From: an uncultured delta proteobacterium
GTDB taxonomy: Bacteria; Desulfobacterota; WTBG01
Length of the DNA: 64,000 nt
Direction of reading: 5' to 3'
NCBI GenBank assembly: GCA_963793865.1
Contig: CAWCBP010000001.1
Location: forward strand, 1,120,001-1,184,000
How positions within the stretch are numbered: position 1 is the first letter of the stretch; each line of letters begins with the position of its first letter. The position numbers were made by a program, and so were the translations under genes. The notes under the pieces are model-generated. The model was not told the DNA's origin and did not search any database. It worked only from the letters and a program-made list of their open reading frames with translations. Below are positions 51,014-59,208 of this stretch, piece by piece.

Positions 51014-52165
51014 ATGCCTGATACGCATACCGCTGCAAACGGCACCTCATCGATACTGCTGCCGACGCTTATCATGTCGGCGAAGAACTTTCTCATTTTT
51101 TCCATTCTCTTTTACCTGCCCCTTTATTTCGCCGGTCTCGGTTTTTCAGGCTTGCAGATAGGATTCCTGCTGTCCCTGTTTGCCATCACCTCACTTTTTT
51201 CTTCATTTCTGGTTGGATTCTTAAGCGACCGGCTGCCGGCACGGTATCTCTCATCATGCAGCTTTGTGCTTTTAATTATCTGCTTCATCTCCCTGAGCAT
51301 GCTGCAGCATTTCTGGACCATGGCCGCGCTTTTATTCATCGGCGGTCTGGGCAATAACATTGCCGACATTTCCATGACCAGCTTTGTTTTGAAGGTGAGC
51401 GACCGCAGGGAAGGCGGGAAAAGGCTGGGCACATTCAACGGGTTGAAAACGCTCGCCGCCGGACTGGGAGCGTTAAGCGGCGGGTTGCTGGTGGCGCAGC
51501 TCTCGTTTCAAAAGGTCTTCTTTTTACTGGGCTGCGCGTTTTTTCTTCCCATTCTCCTGACGCTGCCGGTTAAAAAAATCGCCACTTTCAGCTATGCCCT
51601 TGGACACTACCGGGGGGATCTTTGGAAAAAAGAGATACTTTTCTTTCTCATGCTTATTTTCGTCTTTACCCTGCACTGGGGGGCTGAAGGTACGTCTTAC
51701 TCCCTGCTGCTCAAAGAGCGCTTTTCCCTCACCCAGCGTTCGATCGCGCTCTACATGGGATCCATCTGGATCCTGTATGCCCTCTTTATTTATGGGGTAA
51801 GCAGGATTATAAAAGAATCAACCCCCCTGCACTGGATCATCTATCCCGGCTTGATACTGTCGGGCGCGGGGCACATATTATTCACCTATCCCTCATTACC
51901 CCTGTCATATGTTTTCCGTCTGGTTCATGAATGCGGCGACGCGGCATTTGAAATGTATCTCCTGGTGGGGATGCACCGATATTTTCCACTGGAGAGGGTC
52001 GGCGGGACTTCAGGGGTGGTGCTGACCGTAACGCTGGCAGGAAGGCTCCTGGGCTCGCTCATCTTCGGCCCGATGGGAGAACACCTGGGCTACCATTATC
52101 CTTTCATACTTTCGGGCATCCTCACCCTGCTCTGCCTGCCCCTGGTCTATAACGGCAGGCGCTAA
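51014..52165 (+). CDS. MFS transporter
   Basis: About 12 hydrophobic segments, GFLSDRL motif A. Confidence 0.85.
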   Translation: MPDTHTAANGTSSILLPTLIMSAKNFLIFSILFYLPLYFAGLGFSGLQIGFLLSLFAITSLFSSFLVGFLSDRLPARYLSSCSFVLLIICFISLSMLQHFWTMAALLFIGGLGNNIADISMTSFVLKVSDRREGGKRLGTFNGLKTLAAGLGALSGGLLVAQLSFQKVFFLLGCAFFLPILLTLPVKKIATFSYALGHYRGDLWKKEILFFLMLIFVFTLHWGAEGTSYSLLLKERFSLTQRSIALYMGSIWILYALFIYGVSRIIKESTPLHWIIYPGLILSGAGHILFTYPSLPLSYVFRLVHECGDAAFEMYLLVGMHRYFPLERVGGTSGVVLTVTLAGRLLGSLIFGPMGEHLGYHYPFILSGILTLLCLPLVYNGRR

Positions 52166-52187
52166 CCAGTTCTTGAATGTTGGACAG

Positions 52188-53585
52188 CTATTTGTGATGT
52201 GCCATCCGGCTGTGACGGATGCCGTATGAAAAATAGATGGCCAATCCTATGATGAGCCATGACACAAAGCGGATCCAGGTCAGGCGGGGAAGCGAGAGCA
52301 TCAACCCGGCGCAGAAGCTGATGCCCAAAAGCGGCACCCAGGGCACCAGGGGACATTTAAATGAACGCTTCAGTTCAGGATGAGTATATCTTAATACCAC
52401 AATCCCTCCACAAACAATGCTGAAGGCGAACAGGGTGCCGATGTTGCAAAGCTCCGCTGCGGTTCCAATGTCAAGAAAGCCCGCAAAGCATCCCACCACG
52501 ATACCGGTCAATATCTGCGACACATAGGGGGTGCGAAAACGGGGATGCACCCTTGATATCCAGGGCCAGAGCAGACCGTCCCGGGACATGGAAAAAAATA
52601 TCCGGGGCTGACCCATCAGCATTACCAGAAGCACGCTGGTGATGCCGGAAACCGCTCCGACAGAAACCAGTGCCGAGCCCCAGCCGTACCCGATGAGGTT
52701 GAGCGCGTGCGCAACCGGAGCCGGATGATTGAGGTCCTTGTAGGATACAATGCCGGTCAGGATGCCCGATACCAGGATGTAGAGGACCGTGCACACAACA
52801 AGCGAAATCATGATGCCGATGGGCATATTTTTCTGGGGATTTTTGGTTTCCTCGGCCGCGGTGGATACGGCGTCAAATCCGATGTAGGCGAAAAATATGA
52901 TGGCCGCGCCGGTCATGACCCCGTTAAAACCATAGGGCAGAAAGGGAACCCAGTTGGAAGGGCGAATATTAACTATTCCCACCCCGATAAATATTAATAC
53001 CGTCACCAGCTTGACAAACACCATCAGGGCGGTGAAGCGCACGCTTTCCTTGATGCCGATCACCAGTATAAAGGTGAGAAAGAACACGATCAGTATCGCG
53101 GGCAGGTTGATGACGGCACCGGGTGACGTTCCCGGCGCGCTCGCGCACCAGGCGGGAATGGTAATGCCCATGGTCTTGAGGATATTGACAAAATAGCCCG
53201 ACCACCCGATGGCAATGGCGATGCAGGCCACAACGTATTCAAGGATGAGATCCCAGCCGATGATCCAGGCAATCATCTCTCCCAGGGTCGAATAGGCATA
53301 ATTATAGGCGCTGCCCGATACGGGTATGAGGGATGCAAACTCGGCATAACAGAGGGCGGTGAAGAGGCAGGCTAATCCCGATATCACAAAGGAGAGCACA
53401 ACCCCGGGACCGCTGAAACGGGCGGCGGCGGTGCCGGTGAGGACAAAAATGCCCACGCCGATTATGGCTCCGATTCCCAGCACCGTCAGGTCAAAGGCGT
53501 TAAGGGACCGGTGGAGCCGGTGCTGCTCCATGTCAATTTCTTCCACCACGTGATGGATAAATTTCCGGCGAAAAAGCCTTTTCAC
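52188..53585 (-). CDS. APC family amino acid permease
   Basis: GIGAIIGVGIF, YAEFAS.IP.SGSAY, FFAYIGFD, MSRDGLL. Confidence 0.93.
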   Translation of the reverse strand: MKRLFRRKFIHHVVEEIDMEQHRLHRSLNAFDLTVLGIGAIIGVGIFVLTGTAAARFSGPGVVLSFVISGLACLFTALCYAEFASLIPVSGSAYNYAYSTLGEMIAWIIGWDLILEYVVACIAIAIGWSGYFVNILKTMGITIPAWCASAPGTSPGAVINLPAILIVFFLTFILVIGIKESVRFTALMVFVKLVTVLIFIGVGIVNIRPSNWVPFLPYGFNGVMTGAAIIFFAYIGFDAVSTAAEETKNPQKNMPIGIMISLVVCTVLYILVSGILTGIVSYKDLNHPAPVAHALNLIGYGWGSALVSVGAVSGITSVLLVMLMGQPRIFFSMSRDGLLWPWISRVHPRFRTPYVSQILTGIVVGCFAGFLDIGTAAELCNIGTLFAFSIVCGGIVVLRYTHPELKRSFKCPLVPWVPLLGISFCAGLMLSLPRLTWIRFVSWLIIGLAIYFSYGIRHSRMAHHK

Positions 53586-53600
53586 TGCGTTCTCTCAGCA

Positions 53601-53664
53601 CTAACAGGTTGTTGAAAAAGTGGCTTTTACTAGGCTGGTTAAAAACACCCAGATGCAAGGCGCA
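53601..53664. repeat. MITE-like element (partial)
   Basis: ctaacaggttgttgaaaaa...aaaaacacccagatgcaaggc matches the 48318 copy. Confidence 0.65.
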
Positions 53665-53819
53665 ACTCATTTCCTGCCGTCGGCAGATATACGATAGTAC
53701 GATACATCAGCTTGCCGGCACTTGTAAAGTTTTTAGTACCCGCGCTGAGGGGGTTTACGGACATTCAAGCAGGGTTCTGGAGGGCTAACGAGCAACGGCA
53801 GGTCCGCGGAATGACATGG

Positions 53820-54170
53820 TCATTCGGCTCGTCTGTATTTCTCAACTTCTTTATCATCACCGAAGGTGAGTGTCAGCTCATCACCCTTTACGCACAATAC
53901 CGCGGATATGATCTCGGGAGGGGATTCGGGATGGATGATTTCAAAACGTATTCCTCCATCCTTCTGCAGAACATAGTGCCCCTTCACCTCCATTGCCATG
54001 TCGTCAACAGCAGTGAAGGTGCCGTCCCGGAAGAACTCCATCGTCGCGGTTGTCCCTGGCTCCTGCCATCTTCCAATGATGCCGGGCGCGCCGGCACATG
54101 ATGTGAGCAGTATAACAAATACTACGGACAAAAAGGCGCCTGTCAAAATTTTAGAATGTGTGTTTTGCAT
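53820..54170 (-). CDS. Hypothetical lipoprotein
   Basis: LTSC lipobox; small beta-rich body beginning IIGRW. Confidence 0.65.
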   Translation of the reverse strand: MQNTHSKILTGAFLSVVFVILLTSCAGAPGIIGRWQEPGTTATMEFFRDGTFTAVDDMAMEVKGHYVLQKDGGIRFEIIHPESPPEIISAVLCVKGDELTLTFGDDKEVEKYRRAE

Positions 54171-54203
54171 GGATGTTCTTTCCCTGCGCCTGAACACGCA
54201 TTG

Positions 54204-54566
54204 CTATTTGAACATGCCGTCTTTTATGGCCGATGGCAGCGCCATGGAGAAACCGACGACTAAAATGCTCCAGAGAACATAGATGACTTTTTGTTGATGC
54301 GCCTGAAGCCACCTGATCACAAAGAACCCGCCATGGCCTATTTTGATTTGCATGAAAATAAAAAGTTTTATTACAAACGGAACGATGGTAAAACAGAGCA
54401 GGCAAAAGAGGAGGAAAAAGGCCATTTGTACCATGTTCAGGCCCTTATAGCGCACGGCGTCGTCGGTCAGCGTTCCGGAAGATTCGAGCATAGCGCCGAT
54501 AATCGCGCCGGCAACGATTACAGCAAAGGTTGATGCGCAAACCAGCGCCCAGGCCTTGAGGCTCAT
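54204..54566 (-). CDS. Hypothetical membrane protein
   Basis: Three hydrophobic segments. Confidence 0.6.
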   Translation of the reverse strand: MSLKAWALVCASTFAVIVAGAIIGAMLESSGTLTDDAVRYKGLNMVQMAFFLLFCLLCFTIVPFVIKLFIFMQIKIGHGGFFVIRWLQAHQQKVIYVLWSILVVGFSMALPSAIKDGMFK

Positions 54567-54698
54567 ACATGTTCCCCCGACGAGAGGTTTTTCATAACCG
54601 ATCTTGCTGGAGTGCGGTATGCCCTCCCCTGCCCTGGCTGCATTATTGCACAATAACTCCCCGCATCAAGAAAAATATTCATCTATCAGGAGCGCCCC

Positions 54699-55418
54699 AT
54701 GATCAACCTGCGTGATCCATATTCGCACCATCGTATATCACTGGGCCTTCTTGCAGTTTTGTTGATTGCCCTCGCCAGTAACCGGGCAGATGCCGCCGGT
54801 CCCGCTGCCACGCAGCACCCGTCTGATGAATGCAGAACAGCTGAGGTTATGGTTGAACGAAACGCGGATTATGCTGAGACGACATACGGCATCTCGTGCA
54901 AAAACTGCAGGATTGAATGGATTGCGCGCGATGCCGAGGTTGGGGTGGTAAAACTGTGGTCACAATGCTCGCTACCCCTGTCGGAGCAGATGCCGCTCTT
55001 GAACAGGATTTACGATCACTTCCTGCGAAGGGACAGAAACGCCCGGGCATTGCGCACGCTTTTCATGGGAGAAATTGACCCTGATGCAGAAGCCGGTTCG
55101 CGGGAAATGTCAATCAGACTGGCGCTGGCTGCGCACAAATCGTCCGGATGGGATGCCCGGAAGGGAGAAGCCAAAAGCGGTGATATGAACGGGTTTGTCA
55201 AGGATCTGGCAAACCGGGAGATGATTTATTCCGAGCTGAAGGAATTGTTCACCCGTTTTCAGCAAGACGTAAAAATTTCCTGTGTGGAAAAGGTGCTCGT
55301 TCAGCAGGCCGATAAGCTTCCGTATTTTGACCAGCTTAATAAACAGGGCGTGCAGGCGACTGACAAGCTGCCGTTTGACTGCATGACCTGGTTTGCAATA
55401 GCAGCAGAGCAGGAATAG
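54699..55418 (+). CDS. Hypothetical exported protein
   Basis: Signal peptide ending ADA, AGGAG RBS, 239-aa ORF. Confidence 0.65.
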   Translation: MINLRDPYSHHRISLGLLAVLLIALASNRADAAGPAATQHPSDECRTAEVMVERNADYAETTYGISCKNCRIEWIARDAEVGVVKLWSQCSLPLSEQMPLLNRIYDHFLRRDRNARALRTLFMGEIDPDAEAGSREMSIRLALAAHKSSGWDARKGEAKSGDMNGFVKDLANREMIYSELKELFTRFQQDVKISCVEKVLVQQADKLPYFDQLNKQGVQATDKLPFDCMTWFAIAAEQE

Positions 55419-55539
55419 GAAGGTGGCCGGTGGTTTTACGTTGCCGGACAGATGGAAGCTAACGGATAATCAGTTGATCCATGGGGAACAGTGGTGTTTG
55501 CCTGAGGAATTGAAAAAAGAAGAAAGCTGCAGAACCACA

Positions 55540-56175
55540 TTAGTAGGTTTGCCCGCATAAGCAATAATCACAGCAGTTTATTCTCCCCGCCGCTTTATCA
55601 ATTATTACCAGGGTATCAAAGATGTCCATGTCACCGTCACTCTCGCAGTTCGGAATGCCTGATGGATTCCCGCAATTGGGAGGCACACCGTTTGGTACGT
55701 CTCCTTTACTGATCTGGCAGGAAGTCGCAATCTGAAGACCCTGGGCGATATCATCCATTTCAAGCAAGTCTAACATATCAATGACACCATCACCGCAACC
55801 GGTGTCTGCACAGGAACCGGCCAAACAATCCTGAGGATAAATATCACCGCAGGTTCTCAATCTGTAATTACACCATGTAGCCACATAATACTCCGGACAG
55901 GGGTTGCCGAACATCCCTCTGCCGAAATCCCCCTTAAGCTTTACCGCGTCGGTCCCGTCACAGTCATGGTCACAGTTAAAGTCGCCGTGGCACGGGCTTT
56001 CGGTTGTACACGGGTTCAGTACAGGACTTCTGCCAAATGATTGCCTGAATGAAAAGGCATCCGAACCATCCACATCCCGGTCACAATCAAAGTCGCCCTC
56101 ACAAACCTCTTGTGCCAAAGCAACAAACGGCGACAATAAAAATATAGCTGCCAGCAAGACAATTACATGTTTCAT
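55540..56175 (-). CDS. Secreted protein made only of two different Cys-rich dockerin-like modules (A + B)
   Basis: Signal peptide; N-half aligns with the M1/M14 tails and C-half aligns with the tail of 56591-58513. Confidence 0.8.
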   Translation of the reverse strand: MKHVIVLLAAIFLLSPFVALAQEVCEGDFDCDRDVDGSDAFSFRQSFGRSPVLNPCTTESPCHGDFNCDHDCDGTDAVKLKGDFGRGMFGNPCPEYYVATWCNYRLRTCGDIYPQDCLAGSCADTGCGDGVIDMLDLLEMDDIAQGLQIATSCQISKGDVPNGVPPNCGNPSGIPNCESDGDMDIFDTLVIIDKAAGRINCCDYCLCGQTY

Positions 56176-56411
56176 AAACCCTGCATCGCTGAAGTATTAT
56201 GTACGCCCGACCATTAGCATGTAAATATTTTATTTGCAAGATCAAAAAAAGGGGCCTTAAGCCTGCCACTCGTCGGGGGCTATTGCATAGTAAACTCCCC
56301 TGCCTCTGAAGGGCATCGCGAAGCATGTTAATCCTTAATTTCCCTCCGGGCTTGCCCGCTGCAAGTTCAATGATCATGGGTTTATCCGGCCAGGAGACTT
56401 CTTATCCATAT

Positions 56412-56439
56412 GTAGGGGCGACCGGCCGGTCGCCCCTAC
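56412..56439. repeat. GTAG-type REP palindrome
   Basis: Identical to 8387-8414. Confidence 0.85.
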
Positions 56440-56590
56440 AACGCAGACCTCATTTTCGTATTAAAGAAAAGCGGACCTGGTCGTCGAAGGGGGAGTAAGA
56501 TTACAGGCAGGAGCTGTTTTAACTCCTTCCCTGGTTGAGCAACCGCCTTTTATGCAATGAGACCGTTCGGTGTATGATCTTTGAACGGGT

Positions 56591-58513
56591 TTAGTATATT
56601 TCCCCTAATAAGCAATAATCGCAGCAGTTCATCCTGCCCAGGGCCTTGTCAATTATGACCAGCAGATCAAAGATATCGATGTCGCCGTCAGCATCGCAGT
56701 TGGGAGTCCCCGGGGGATTACCGCAATATGGCGGCATGCCGTTAGGCACATCACCGTTTCCAATCTGGCAGAGGGTCGCTGTCTGCAGATTCAGCATGAT
56801 GTCAACCGCTTCGAGGATATCAAAGAGGTCGATCACGCCGTCTCCGCAGCATGTAGCGGCACCGCAGGTCCCGCCGATGCAATCCTGGGGATACATATCA
56901 CCGCAGGTCCTGAAACAGACCTCGCCCGGGCTCGGGCAGGGACACATATCCTCGTTGAACTGGTCTAATACGGAGATGTTGACCGGGCACAGATCAATAC
57001 AGGCGTCCCCACCACAGGTTTCCAGCTCCGGCCCTGCTGTATACACGATCTGGGCAATGGTGCCCCTTCCCTCTGTAATCAGGGCTGAGGGGTTGGTCGT
57101 GTACAGAACTACCCTGCAGCTCCCGTCCGCCTGCTCATGAGCTGAACAGGTGAAATAAAGGGTGCGGTCGGGATCAATGATGCACTGGGTGCAAATCAGG
57201 TTGTCCTCACCGTCACAGGCGGCAACATCCAGTGAAACGGCGCGTACCGAGTGATCAAGGTTGGTCAGGTTAATATCAACTGTTGCCGACTCGGAGTTGG
57301 GCTGAACAGTGGTTTCTCCGATATCTACAATGACCTTGCCGAGGTCGATCTCTACACTGTCAGCCGTATCGCCGTGGCAGGTGTCGGTTACCGTAACCGC
57401 AAAGGTAACGAACTTATCCAGCTGATCGCAGATACTGCCGACGGTGAGCCTCCAGCAACATTCATCGATCTGCGCAATGGTCCCTAATTCTGCGGGAACG
57501 TCCCATACCAGACATGCCGGATCGAAGTCCGGGCAGTCTGAGCAAATGGTGAAGTCAATAATTTCGCCGCATGTCGCCGCAAGACCGCGTCTCCCAGGCC
57601 GGTTGAAAGCGGGATCATCAATCGCTTCGCCGGGGCAGTTTCTGCCGAGGGCAATTTGAACGGCACACTCCGGTGGAGGCACAAAAGCCAGAATGTGTAT
57701 GGGCAGTGTGCAGACAACGACATCACCGGTGTTAATGTTGGTATTGGAGGTATCGGTTGCAGTTACGGTGCACGTCTCGTCAGCTGCGCCGGCAGTCACG
57801 GTCAAAACACCGGTGTCCGGTTCAAGGGTGCCGCCCCCACAGTCGGTAGAGTACACGTAAACTGAAGGGTTGTCACATTGCGCATCTCCGGCAGCCATAT
57901 AATGTGCCGTCACCGAACCGGTCTCAGGTGCCTGAATCGACGCAGGACCGGCAATGGCACATTCACACGGATCTCCAAGAACCCTCGCATTGAGGGTGAC
58001 AGCAGCAATGGTGGAATCATAAACGACAGAATTCTGGTCAACCCAGGTATCAAAATCAGGAACAGTGTCGACGGTAATGGTGGCAGTGCCCGCCGCTACA
58101 CCACAAAACGTCACATCGCAAACCAGTATATTGGCATTCGGGAGCGCCACACCAGCGCCTAAATTCGCGGCCGCAACAAATACACCACCGGGATACCCTA
58201 TGGGATCGAACACCGGTGTCACGCCTGCATCCCAAACAGCCGGTGTTAATGTCCCGTCATAACATTGGCAGCCGGTAATAGCAACCGTGGCGCCACTGTC
58301 GGATTGTGAAATAAGAAAACCGCCCGACACCAGTGGTGACGTACCAAAGGAACTTCCGTCAACGGCTATGGTGTCTGTTACACATTCACCTACGGTCAGG
58401 TTAAGGAGGATAGATCCGGCTGAACCTTCAACCAAATATGTAGCTTGCGCGAAGGCCGGCCCGGCTGACAGGGCAACAACCATGACCATGCAAACCATTG
58501 ATAGTTTTCTCAT
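56591..58513 (-). CDS. Secreted Cys-rich multidomain protein with cohesin-like/Ig-like domains and C-terminal dockerin-like module B
   Basis: Signal peptide ending AFA; beta-rich domains; tail GDMYP..CGDGVIDLFDIL...GDVPNG...DGDIDIFDLL; no catalytic motif recognised. Confidence 0.75.
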   Translation of the reverse strand: MRKLSMVCMVMVVALSAGPAFAQATYLVEGSAGSILLNLTVGECVTDTIAVDGSSFGTSPLVSGGFLISQSDSGATVAITGCQCYDGTLTPAVWDAGVTPVFDPIGYPGGVFVAAANLGAGVALPNANILVCDVTFCGVAAGTATITVDTVPDFDTWVDQNSVVYDSTIAAVTLNARVLGDPCECAIAGPASIQAPETGSVTAHYMAAGDAQCDNPSVYVYSTDCGGGTLEPDTGVLTVTAGAADETCTVTATDTSNTNINTGDVVVCTLPIHILAFVPPPECAVQIALGRNCPGEAIDDPAFNRPGRRGLAATCGEIIDFTICSDCPDFDPACLVWDVPAELGTIAQIDECCWRLTVGSICDQLDKFVTFAVTVTDTCHGDTADSVEIDLGKVIVDIGETTVQPNSESATVDINLTNLDHSVRAVSLDVAACDGEDNLICTQCIIDPDRTLYFTCSAHEQADGSCRVVLYTTNPSALITEGRGTIAQIVYTAGPELETCGGDACIDLCPVNISVLDQFNEDMCPCPSPGEVCFRTCGDMYPQDCIGGTCGAATCCGDGVIDLFDILEAVDIMLNLQTATLCQIGNGDVPNGMPPYCGNPPGTPNCDADGDIDIFDLLVIIDKALGRMNCCDYCLLGEIY

Positions 58514-58545
58514 ATCATGCCTCCATGCATGGGGTTACCTGTTTC

Positions 58546-58593
58546 AAAAAAATAAAAAACTGCCGTTGTACTTGTGACTCATACATTCGGCAG
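58546..58593 (-). terminator. Riboswitch expression-platform terminator
   Basis: Minus strand ctgccg...cggcag followed by ttttttattttttt; the stem overlaps the aptamer 3' strand. Confidence 0.65.
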
Positions 58594-58708
58594 TCCAGCC
58601 TTCTATTGAACCAATAAGAAAAGCGCGTTCTTACTACGATTCAACAGCAGCAATAGAACTGTGGCTTTCCGTCCCCCGATTACTCGGGGTTTGGCTTTGT
58701 CATGTATC
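58581..58708 (-). ncRNA. c-di-GMP-I (GEMM-I) riboswitch
   Basis: Minus strand ...acaaaGCCAAACC-ccga-GTAA-tcgg-GGGACGGAAAGCC...ggct ggactGCCGA; P1 atacat/atgtat; GNRA loop; upstream of the 640-aa gene. Confidence 0.85.
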
Positions 58709-58765
58709 TGATTGTAATGTATAATTCTTTTATCAGGATACTGCTACAATTGTCAATAGGCAAAA

Positions 58766-58800
58766 CCCTGATTTATTACTTCGAAAAACCTTATTTTTCA
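58766..58800 (-). promoter_or_regulatory. 35-bp element upstream of a TTGACA -35 box; copy of 2887-2921
   Basis: 34/35 identical to 2887-2921; TTGACA lies 9 nt downstream on the minus strand. Confidence 0.55.
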
Positions 58801-58985
58801 ATGAACAAACAGTCCTCGGATTATTGGAGTCCAAGGGGCTCGTTCGCGATGCAACATGATTTTCAAAAAAGACAGAGTTTTTTTTGCTAAAAATGCATAT
58901 TCATTTGTTATATGCATTGTACCGGTCACTATGTGGACACAAAAAAGAGAAAGGAGCTAGATACTATCTAACTCCCTAAATTTAC

Positions 58986-59063
58986 TGGCGTCCCCAAGGG
59001 GATTCGAACCCCTGTTGCCGGCGTGAAAGGCCGGTGTCCTAGACCGGACTAGACGATGGGGAC
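58986..59063 (-). tRNA. tRNA-Glu (TTC)
   Basis: GTCCCCATCGTCTAG...CTTTCAC...GGTTCGAATCC...GGGGACGCCA cloverleaf with encoded CCA. Confidence 0.97.
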
Positions 59064-59145
59064 ACTTAAGTTTGAGGGCAGTTTACTACCACAACCATGA
59101 ATTATTATCAAGGAATAAATGATGGCGGCGGACACATTTAGCAAT

Positions 59146-59180
59146 GAGATTGCCGCGTCGCTTTCGCTCCTCGCAATGAC
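59146..59180. repeat. Short palindromic GAGATTGC..GTCG..CTCCTCGCAATGAC-type repeat
   Basis: Hairpin-forming sequence resembling a dispersed intergenic repeat type; one copy in the window. Confidence 0.45.
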
Positions 59181-59208
59181 CGGCGTGTGAGTAAGCGCCT
59201 AATAATAG

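Noticed and set aside
53700..55480. Three small hypothetical genes as integron cassettes
   Set aside because: Only isolated GTTAGC-like words; no convincing paired attC structure, mixed gene orientation and no integrase.
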